Origin: an uncultured bacterium
GTDB taxonomy: Bacteria > Patescibacteriota > Minisyncoccia > Phycocordibacterales > CAIZLB01
NCBI GenBank assembly: GCA_903952785.1
Contig: CAJBHC010000064.1
Location: 1-32,046, forward strand
Length of the DNA stretch: 32,046 nt
Direction: 5' to 3'
Shown: positions 18,158-25,764 of the stretch, in pieces
How positions within the stretch are numbered: the first letter of the stretch is position 1
Layout of the letters: each line of letters starts with the position of its first letter
Made by a program: the position numbers and the translations under genes
Notes under the pieces: model-generated
What the model was told of the DNA's origin: nothing
What the model saw: only the letters and a program-made list of their open reading frames with translations
The model's database searches: none

Positions 18158-18931
18158 ATGTGGTTCCCTGTTATTTCCACAATTCTTACACTAATAGTAA
18201 TTGGTGCCATGGCTGCTTATTTCTACTTCATGCTACTTGGAGGAAGTTCAACAGAATTTAAGATTGATGAATCAAAAGAAATAAGCAATATAATTATATA
18301 TGGCACAATATTCATTTATTACCTCGTCATATTCTTCATCGTCAATTTCTTTCAATCAGCACTATTTATAATTGTTCAAGGACGTTTCTCTGGCCAGGAT
18401 TTAAATTTTAACGATGGAATACAAAGTGCCGGAAAATATGTTGGTAAAATATTTATATGGTCCCTTATCTCAGCTACGGTTGGTATTATATTAAAAGTAA
18501 TTTCAGATAATTTTAAAATAGTTGGAAGAATTCTATCAAGCATCCTTGGGGCTGCTTGGGAAATACTTACATACTTCAGCCTCCCCGCTCTTGTAATTGG
18601 AAACCTAAACATCAAAGAGTCGTTTAAAGAATCAGCATCTATTATCAAGAAAACTTGGGGCGAAACATTGATTGTAAGTTTTGGAGTAGGATTATTCTTT
18701 GTAGCAGTAGTTGTTTTAGGATTAGTTCTCTCTGTTGCAATAATAATAATAGCACCAACAACTTATGTTGTAGTTTCTGTAGCTGTAATCTTTACAATCT
18801 TCTATATCGCGATGATGCTCCTCGCAACCACACTTAGCTCAATCTTCAAACTCACTCTATTCAATTACGCGAGAACTGGAAATATTCCACAGGGCTTTTC
18901 AGATTATATTGTTAAGGGAGCAATAAAATAA
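18158..18931 (+). CDS. Multi-pass membrane protein (DUF6159-like); frame open upstream to 18026
   Basis: About 6 TM helices, SASIIKKTWGE motif; upstream in-frame GKFKAS..VKESWNVLKQDKE looks like part of the protein. Confidence 0.78.
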   Translation: MWFPVISTILTLIVIGAMAAYFYFMLLGGSSTEFKIDESKEISNIIIYGTIFIYYLVIFFIVNFFQSALFIIVQGRFSGQDLNFNDGIQSAGKYVGKIFIWSLISATVGIILKVISDNFKIVGRILSSILGAAWEILTYFSLPALVIGNLNIKESFKESASIIKKTWGETLIVSFGVGLFFVAVVVLGLVLSVAIIIIAPTTYVVVSVAVIFTIFYIAMMLLATTLSSIFKLTLFNYARTGNIPQGFSDYIVKGAIK

Positions 18932-18981
18932 TAGCCAGCAAGAATTAATTTAGGTTAGAACAATTTTAGAATACTAAAAAA

Positions 18982-19019
18982 TGGCACCAGCAAATACGCG
19001 GGTGCCACTAACAGTTTTG
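18982..19019 (-). terminator. Hairpin TGGCACC/GGTGCCA, copy A
   Basis: Stem plus flanking CTAAnAGTTTTG shared with 19674-19718; T-run on the minus strand. Confidence 0.7.
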
Positions 19020-19058
19020 ACTGTCGGCAGTTTTACTTAAAGACACGGAAGCGATTCT

Positions 19059-19619
19059 TTATTTCACTTCCACCAATCGAGCCTCGCCCGTCAAGTCATA
19101 AAGGCCGCCACCCATAGCGCTCATGGCCGGGCTAAAGCTGCTTTCTTGAGGGCGAAATGCAAGTGTGCCGTGGTCGATCCGATACGTCTTTCCCGCCTCG
19201 AAATGGCCCTTTACGATGACCCTGTTCAAGGAGTGAATCGCACTAGGTTGCCGAGGCTTGATTAGTTCAGCATCATGCCCCAAAACGCCGATAGTGAAAC
19301 TGACCCCACCGCCGGGATCTTGAAGTTCAGCGTAATCGCATGAAAGGGTGTGAACGCCCGGAGTAAGCAGAACATACTTTTTCTCCACGTCCGTCGAACC
19401 ATCATCATCAATGGTCCTGACGATTGTCACCGTCGAGCCCGCAGCTCCGCCGCCGTCGTCAGTGATCACCTGCAGTCTTGCTGTACCGCCGGAAGAGAAA
19501 CCTTCATCGCCTCCCCCGCTGGGCCCCATTGAGGAGGCACAGCCAGTCAAGATGACCAAGAGTAAAGAGATTGAAGCAATACCGGCAAACATCAGAACTT
19601 TTTTCAATATTGATTTCAT
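19059..19619 (-). CDS. Predicted lipoprotein with a beta-rich domain
   Basis: Basic N-terminus, hydrophobic core, lipobox LTG-C; LTPGVHTL...FEAGKTYRI. Confidence 0.8.
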   Translation of the reverse strand: MKSILKKVLMFAGIASISLLLVILTGCASSMGPSGGGDEGFSSGGTARLQVITDDGGGAAGSTVTIVRTIDDDGSTDVEKKYVLLTPGVHTLSCDYAELQDPGGGVSFTIGVLGHDAELIKPRQPSAIHSLNRVIVKGHFEAGKTYRIDHGTLAFRPQESSFSPAMSAMGGGLYDLTGEARLVEVK

Positions 19620-19673
19620 GGTAATTTTGTCTTTCTTTTTCGTTTCTATTTTCTACATATACTTTAAAAGAGA

Positions 19674-19718
19674 AGTGGCACCTCCTGGACGAATCCAAGG
19701 GTGCCACTAATAGTTTTG
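19674..19718 (-). terminator. Hairpin AGTGGCACC/GGTGCCACT, copy B
   Basis: Same stem and flank as copy A, different loop. Confidence 0.65.
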
Positions 19719-19750
19719 GTAAATGGTACTTCAGAGTTAGTCGTCCATTG

Positions 19751-20434
19751 CTAGAACGACACCGTAAAACTCAAGGCACCACCGATAGTATCCGGCCCAA
19801 TGAGTGCCGACGCCCGAAGGCCCCAGCTTTCATTGAACTTGTACTGAATGTTCGGACAAACCATCGGAATGCACTTGGTGTCGGAACTCACTTCTTCGTC
19901 TGAGCCCCAGCGGTCCCAACCATGACTTATGAACAGAAACATCGCGCGCCCATCAACTCCTACGGAGAGGCCGGGGACATTGGGGATCTTATAGGAGAAC
20001 CCAACGCCGACATCTGCCGCCGTGCTCAAGGCAGAATAGATAAACGCGCCTTTTTGTTCGGGGCGAGGATCATTCACGTTTTGTTTTTCATCACGGGCGT
20101 TGCCCATCATCCAGTTAGCGCCGGCATTGAAGTTGAAGTTTCCTGACGGCTGCCACAGATAGCGGAAGCCGATGGATCCAAAGTTCAAAAGCTCGTCACT
20201 AAGGTCTGTCTCACCTGCCGATCCGGAACCCAGAAACGAACGGTCATCGGGGTGCGTCGAGTGGGCAGAGGAGGCATCAGAACCTCCGTATTTCAAGCCA
20301 ACCCACCCGACACTGACCTCCCAGTTGTGGTGGGAAGTTGAAGCGAAGTCTTGGGCCGAAGCCGTCGACGAGGCCGTGATCAAGCTGGCGGCACACATGG
20401 CGGCCAGCGTCAGTTTCATCAATTGCGTTTTCAT
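19751..20434 (-). CDS. Secreted outer-membrane beta-barrel-like protein
   Basis: Signal peptide ending ASA; about 8 amphipathic strands (GSIGFRYLW, VGVGFSYKI, IQYKFNESWGLRAS); C-terminal GALSFTVSF; promoter TTGACG-17-TAATCT at 20516-20544. Confidence 0.72.
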   Translation of the reverse strand: MKTQLMKLTLAAMCAASLITASSTASAQDFASTSHHNWEVSVGWVGLKYGGSDASSAHSTHPDDRSFLGSGSAGETDLSDELLNFGSIGFRYLWQPSGNFNFNAGANWMMGNARDEKQNVNDPRPEQKGAFIYSALSTAADVGVGFSYKIPNVPGLSVGVDGRAMFLFISHGWDRWGSDEEVSSDTKCIPMVCPNIQYKFNESWGLRASALIGPDTIGGALSFTVSF

Positions 20435-20622
20435 TGTCGTGTCTTGTCTTTCTATGTTATTCAGTTTTCAAGCGACTCGGAGGCCAACACCAGTGTTGTT
20501 ACCCAGCCCAAAAAAAGATTACCATCTGGAATTAGAATCGTCAAATAAATACTCGTCAAAATTCATTAAACAAAATTGGATGTCATTTTCCCCTATCTCT
20601 GCTAATATATTATGTATAGATT

Positions 20623-21552
20623 ATGAAAAAACTAGTTGAAATTATTTTTCTAATATCGATTGTTATTTATGCAATTGCCAATAAAGATTCACTAACAAAC
20701 ACTTGGCAACTTGCGTATCACAAATATTTTCCATGCAGAAGTCCAATCTACTATAGTATTGGAGAATTTGATACTAGATTTGGAATATCAAAAGAACATT
20801 TCATCGAAGACCTTGCGACAGCCGAGAAAATTTGGGAAGACCCTATGGGCAAAGACCTGTTTAAATATTCTTCAAATGGAAATTTGAAAATAAATCTAAT
20901 TTATGATTCTCGTCAACAAACCACAGACGAGTTAAGTAACATGGATTCATCACTTGATAACAGCAGAGGTTCATATGATAGATTGACAGCACAATATAAC
21001 AAAGAGCTTTTGGCACACAATCAGAAAAGTTCAGATTTTGAATCTAGGCTTGCAAATTTTAATGCAAGAAAAGGAAATTACGAAAGAGATGTGGCGATGT
21101 TCAATAGACAAGGCTCGGTAAGTACTGATGTTAAGAATCGCCTAAATACTGAGCGAGATTATTTAAACACAGAATCATCGGCAATAAATCAATTACAGAC
21201 AGAACTGAACAGTGAAATCGCAAAGCTGAATGCGATGGTTGCTGATATAAATCAAAACGCGAATAGTCTAAATGCTGGAGTCAATCAATATAATAGAATT
21301 AGTGAACCTCTATCTGAGGGATTCAATGAAGGACTTTACAGAAGCAATTCTAAGGGTCAAGAAATTGATGTTTATCAATTTAGCGATGATACAAAGCTGG
21401 TTAGAGTTCTCGCTCATGAATTAGGACATGCTCTTTGGCTAGAGCATGTTGATGATGAAGATGCGATTATGCACAGGCTAAACACAAGTGAAAATATGCA
21501 AGCTACAGAAAGTGATTTGGAGGAAGTAAAAACGGTGTGTAAAATTAAATAA
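20623..21552 (+). CDS. Matrixin-like (M10/metzincin) metalloprotease with coiled-coil insert
   Basis: HELGHALWLEH plus AIM Met-turn; N-terminal anchor. Confidence 0.85.
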   Translation: MKKLVEIIFLISIVIYAIANKDSLTNTWQLAYHKYFPCRSPIYYSIGEFDTRFGISKEHFIEDLATAEKIWEDPMGKDLFKYSSNGNLKINLIYDSRQQTTDELSNMDSSLDNSRGSYDRLTAQYNKELLAHNQKSSDFESRLANFNARKGNYERDVAMFNRQGSVSTDVKNRLNTERDYLNTESSAINQLQTELNSEIAKLNAMVADINQNANSLNAGVNQYNRISEPLSEGFNEGLYRSNSKGQEIDVYQFSDDTKLVRVLAHELGHALWLEHVDDEDAIMHRLNTSENMQATESDLEEVKTVCKIK

Positions 21553-21709
21553 TCTGAAATTTATTCAAGAAAGAGTAAATGAGTAAATATAGATATGCGG
21601 TAAAAAAAGAAGAACCCGCCAATGAATTGGCAAGCTCTCCAATTCTGACGGGTTTGGTTTTTAGATTTTGGTTAAGGTTTACAACCCCATATCGGCGAAA
21701 TCTGTGGAA

Positions 21710-22462
21710 TTATTTCTTGGTTGTTAAACCATCAATTTTTCCATAAATGTTTTGAACAGCATTGACCCAAACTGGATCTTTAGTGTTCCCGTTGGCAATC
21801 TTCCACGCCCTGTACAAGCCGTCCTCGGTTTTAAATAACGGCAAACCGTATATTTCCACCATCGGATCAATAACGTACCGGCAGGTATCATCCCAGGCTC
21901 TTGATTCCTCACTGATATCAATATGATCCGAGGGCGAAGCAATTCTGGCGTGCTCCATTTCGTGCATGAATATCACAATTACATGAGATTGGAATACCTT
22001 GCGCCACTCTGGGTTACCTGAATCCCTGAGCCGTTCAAACGTGTTCATGATTGCAGGAATGTACAACTCCAAACATGCAACTGTACCGTCTGAGCTACAA
22101 CCTTCCGCCGCTTCCACTCCCTTATGAGCCCAGTGATAGTTTGCAACCAGCGTGACATTTACGTTTTTGCCGGTACGCCCAACGACGAGCTTGTTCGAGC
22201 TTTTAAACCGCTCATTGATTTCCACATATGGTAACTCGCCCATGACGAGCTGACTGCGGAGAATCCCGTTAATCTCGGTCATGATAAAATACTCCATGTC
22301 CGATTTAGTAAGCACACGCGGCTTCTGCACTTGGCTGGTTTGGCAAATCTGTTCAGTGACAGTAGGCTTGGATTTCTCACCATTTGCGCCACTAATCAAG
22401 AAACAAACTCCTCCCACCAACGCAAGGATTCCGGTGAGCAAAATAAACAAATTCTTTCTCAT
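21710..22462 (-). CDS. Membrane-anchored HExxH metallopeptidase-like protein
   Basis: N-terminal TM; FMHEMEH followed by EESRAW (gluzincin-like third ligand); promoter TTGACG-17-TACTCT at 22569-22597; 3' hairpin at about 21613-21654. Confidence 0.68.
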   Translation of the reverse strand: MRKNLFILLTGILALVGGVCFLISGANGEKSKPTVTEQICQTSQVQKPRVLTKSDMEYFIMTEINGILRSQLVMGELPYVEINERFKSSNKLVVGRTGKNVNVTLVANYHWAHKGVEAAEGCSSDGTVACLELYIPAIMNTFERLRDSGNPEWRKVFQSHVIVIFMHEMEHARIASPSDHIDISEESRAWDDTCRYVIDPMVEIYGLPLFKTEDGLYRAWKIANGNTKDPVWVNAVQNIYGKIDGLTTKK

Positions 22463-22674
22463 CTTCCTATTGTCTTTCTAATTCTAACGTTGTTCTATAA
22501 TTCTAACTGAATCATTCCGGCTTACGCCTACAAAAAATGATCCAATCTATTTTCAAAAAGCCAAAAAAAGAGTATCACGCGGAAGTTGTGTCGTCAACGC
22601 CTGAAACTTGAATTCTAACCTGAATCATCTCCTCCCTCAGTTTTACAAACCAAATGTACAAACCAAATGAACGA

Positions 22675-22790
22675 AAAATCTCCCTGCCATGAAAGACTTG
22701 CGAACTGCAGTGAGCAGATGATTTCCGCTCCCCATAAGGAAATCACATTTTCAGCAGAAAATCTCCGTGCTTTCATGGCAGGGAGATTTT
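22675..22790. repeat. Structured dispersed repeat, copy 2 (74-nt core 22696-22769 inside perfect 21-bp inverted arms)
   Basis: AAAATCTCCCTGCCATGAAAG / CTTTCATGGCAGGGAGATTTT flank the same core as 409-482. Confidence 0.9.
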
Positions 22791-22800
22791 AAGTGAATCT

Positions 22801-22954
22801 GTGAACCCGACAGGACTCGTCCCTTACAGGGACTGTACAGGTTTCGTATCGTGCTCGCCGTCCAAATACAGACGGCTCCGCGCGATAAACTCCACCTTGA
22901 AAACAAAAACCGCCGAAGCGGTTTTGTTTTCTACGGTGGACCCGACAGGACTCG
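22801..22954 (-). mobile_element. 135-bp hairpin-rich element bounded by a duplicated tRNA-Ala 3' end (att-like)
   Basis: GTGAACCCGACAGGACTCG (22801-22819) vs GTGGACCCGACAGGACTCG (22936-22954), 18/19 identical. Confidence 0.6.
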
Positions 22955-23009
22955 AACCTGCCACCCCCTCAGTGCAAGTGAGGTGCTCTACCAGATGAGC
23001 TACGGGCCC
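22937..23009 (-). tRNA. tRNA-Ala(UGC)
   Basis: GGGCCCG/CGGGTCC acceptor with G3:U70, anticodon arm CCTCA-cttgcac-TGAGG, GGTTCGAGTCC T-arm; CCA not encoded (ACCG). Confidence 0.96.
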
Positions 23010-23043
23010 GTTTGTTTATTTAATTGTTGAAAGCATTATAGCT

Positions 23044-24066
23044 TTATTTCTTTCCCATTGCAAGCTTCAAAATATGGCCAAGAAACTCGTGAGCTTTTAC
23101 CCCAACAGAGCTAAGGGATTTAAAGATTGTAGCTTCTTCTTGTAAACTTGGTTGGGTATTTACCTCTAATAAATAGACCCCCCGCTTTGGATGTATCAAA
23201 AAATCAAAGGTTCCATAATGCCTTAAATTAAAACTCTCCTTAATACTCCTTACTGCATTCTCTATTATCCCCTTCTCTTCATCCGTGATCATCGCCGGCG
23301 CTTCATAATCATAAATTCCAGAATTTTTAGATGACCAATCAAAATGCCCACTACTAGCACTTGCACCTACCCCGCTTTTTCCATGATGCTTAACCTGAAC
23401 TGGCACAGTATTATACAAATCTTGTCCCCTAAAGTCTTCTATAAAACCAGAAATAATTTCCTTCCCTGTTAAATATTCTTCAACTACAATTTCTTCACTA
23501 AAACCTCTAGAATGCTCTAGCGCATCTATCAATTCATGAAAGTTATGTGCTACAGAAATTCCAAGAGATGATCCGGAACTTCTCGGCTTTACAATAACTG
23601 GCATTGGAAAACTTTTAAATAATTCATGTGCGATAGGCTCCACATCATCGTCTAATTTTATTTTTATCTCCTTGAAATATGGAGATTTGATTCCAAGATT
23701 TTTGAAATGTTCTTTTGCCAAAGCTTTATTCAGCGCCATTGCAGAACCTAGTGCTTTTGTTCCAGTATATGGTTTTGCAAAAGAATCCAATATTCCCTGA
23801 ACTCTTCCATCACCACCGTACGCTCCATGCATTGCGTTAAATAGAACATCTACCCTGCTAACTGCCTCCTCAGGCGTCACAGGCGCACCAGAAATGTGCC
23901 AAACACTGTCTCTATCCACAAAGATATCAACCGGTTCATACTCTTCGCATAATGGCTCTTTTTTTAATAAACTCAAAATGTGTTTTCCGGTAGTTAGGGA
24001 TATATCATATTCTTGAGAAGGTCCACCCCTCAAAACTCCTACTTTAGTTTTTGCTCTATATAACAT
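23044..24066 (-). CDS. ddl: D-alanine--D-alanine ligase family protein (divergent active site)
   Basis: GGPSQEYDIS, MHGAYGGDG, VKPRSSGSSLG, LEVNTQP ATP-grasp motifs. Confidence 0.85.
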   Translation of the reverse strand: MLYRAKTKVGVLRGGPSQEYDISLTTGKHILSLLKKEPLCEEYEPVDIFVDRDSVWHISGAPVTPEEAVSRVDVLFNAMHGAYGGDGRVQGILDSFAKPYTGTKALGSAMALNKALAKEHFKNLGIKSPYFKEIKIKLDDDVEPIAHELFKSFPMPVIVKPRSSGSSLGISVAHNFHELIDALEHSRGFSEEIVVEEYLTGKEIISGFIEDFRGQDLYNTVPVQVKHHGKSGVGASASSGHFDWSSKNSGIYDYEAPAMITDEEKGIIENAVRSIKESFNLRHYGTFDFLIHPKRGVYLLEVNTQPSLQEEATIFKSLSSVGVKAHEFLGHILKLAMGKK

Positions 24067-24110
24067 GCTTGAATTATAGCACGACGAAAAATATATTTAT
24101 CCACAATGTA

Positions 24111-25454
24111 TTAAATAAAATCTTTTGCCCTTCTATTCTTATGAAAAGCGATAGCAAATCTATGCGCTTCTGCGTTAATTTTTATGATTTGTTCTTTGTA
24201 TCTTACGTCTAATCCTTTCCAAGCCTTCTTATTGAAAAATAGAATGTCTTTGGGTTTATGATGAATATCTTTTACAACACCACAAAAAAGCATATCTTGG
24301 TTCGGAGTATTATCCACACTTTCAACTCCAGAAGATTTACTCCACGCCTCACGTGCCCTTTTAAGCTGTATCTCATTTCCATCAAGAACTACAATATCAG
24401 GTCTTCCCCACTCATGGTGCTCAATTCTTCTGTTGATCATCTCTTCCAATGCTCCAGGGTCGTTTGCTTTATCGAAATTGTTTATGATAAATTTTCTATA
24501 TTGGTCGCTTTTTAGTTCTCCATTTTCCATCACCACCATTGCACCCACCATGTTTTTTCCAGACATGTGAGCGATATCATACGCCTCAATTCTTGTACCT
24601 CTAATTTTACCAACCTCAGTTTCATCAATCTCTTCCGGTATATTCTTGATCAAAGAAACATCTTGAATATGATTTAATGCAAAAATAGTTTTTTTGATTT
24701 TGTTAGCCTTTTCAAATTCCTTCTCTTTTGCAAATCCCGCCATTTGTTTTTTCAGACTATTTAGAAGTGCTGGCTTTTTACCTTCGAAAAACATTTTAAT
24801 ATTTTTTATCTGCACTCCGTAATCTTTTTTTGAAATTTCACCGGTGCACACCCCAGGACATAGGCCAATCATTCTATTAAAGCATGGTCTAGGGTTAATA
24901 TTTGTCACTTCCGTCACGGAACCCTGCCCTGTTTTTGAAACAAAAGGTATACATTTATCTCTGAAAGGAAATATCTTTCTAACTAACTTTAAGGCCTCTT
25001 TTAATTCTCCACCATGCGGATATGGTCCGAAGACGTCTTTGTATAGGTTCTGCTGGTTTGAATCTTGATTCGATTGTTCCAAAAGCCTTCCACGAACAAC
25101 AAGAACCTTGGGGTATTCCTCATCAGTTATTACAACGTAATTGTAACTTTTATTATCCTTATCCTTAGTATTGTACTTAGGTTGATTTTTCTTAATTAAA
25201 TGAGCTTCCAAAATCAAGGCCTCTAGAACTGAGTCTGTAGTCTGAAATTCAACCTTATCCGCGAGCGTAACCATATCAACCAAAAGACGCCCTCTGGTCT
25301 TAATAAGATCATTGGAAAAATAGCTACGAACACGCTGTTTCAAGCTTGTTGCCTTTCCAACGTAAAGCAGGTCTTTCCCACATTTAAAAATATATACGCC
25401 AGGTGCATCTGGTAGTTTTGGAATAAATAATGATTCAAGTTCCTGCTTGTTCAT
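24111..25454 (-). CDS. uvrC: Excinuclease ABC subunit C (short form, no C-terminal HhH)
   Basis: PGVY..YVGKA..RVRSYF GIY-YIG, Cys cluster, UVR helix, IEAYDIAH and EAHRFAI RNase H-like domain. Confidence 0.93.
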   Translation of the reverse strand: MNKQELESLFIPKLPDAPGVYIFKCGKDLLYVGKATSLKQRVRSYFSNDLIKTRGRLLVDMVTLADKVEFQTTDSVLEALILEAHLIKKNQPKYNTKDKDNKSYNYVVITDEEYPKVLVVRGRLLEQSNQDSNQQNLYKDVFGPYPHGGELKEALKLVRKIFPFRDKCIPFVSKTGQGSVTEVTNINPRPCFNRMIGLCPGVCTGEISKKDYGVQIKNIKMFFEGKKPALLNSLKKQMAGFAKEKEFEKANKIKKTIFALNHIQDVSLIKNIPEEIDETEVGKIRGTRIEAYDIAHMSGKNMVGAMVVMENGELKSDQYRKFIINNFDKANDPGALEEMINRRIEHHEWGRPDIVVLDGNEIQLKRAREAWSKSSGVESVDNTPNQDMLFCGVVKDIHHKPKDILFFNKKAWKGLDVRYKEQIIKINAEAHRFAIAFHKNRRAKDFI

Positions 25455-25764
25455 GATGTGAAGAGTCTATCATTTATTTTGAACTTTGTGGAGAAAACCA
25501 TTTTATAAATCAACTATATTGATGAAGGTACTTTTCAAAAATAGATATATAAAGACAGCAAAACATATCACAATTTTCTCGTTGTGATGTGTTTTTATCT
25601 TTTAACACCCCCGAAAGTTACCCACCTTGACGCCTATTTACTATTCGCCCGTGCTCGCTCTGCAAAATGGAGTTTTAAGATGATGGCCCAACTGTCTTTG
25701 TGACATAATCTTTTAGAACTATAAGCTACCAGCCTAACAACTAATTTGTAGTCAACAATTAATA

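Noticed and set aside
18982-19718. Integron attC sites
   Set aside because: No RYYYAAC...GTTRRRY order in cassette orientation and no IntI in the window; kept only as a repeated hairpin.
20595-20625. dif-like site (TAATATATTATGTATA)
   Set aside because: Poor match to both Xer arms; better explained as the AT-rich promoter/start region of the matrixin gene.
5108-22800. Single prophage or large island integrated at tRNA-Ala
   Set aside because: The only tRNA 3' duplicate seen is 135 bp away, no integrase or phage genes are present, and core genes such as rpmA are interleaved.
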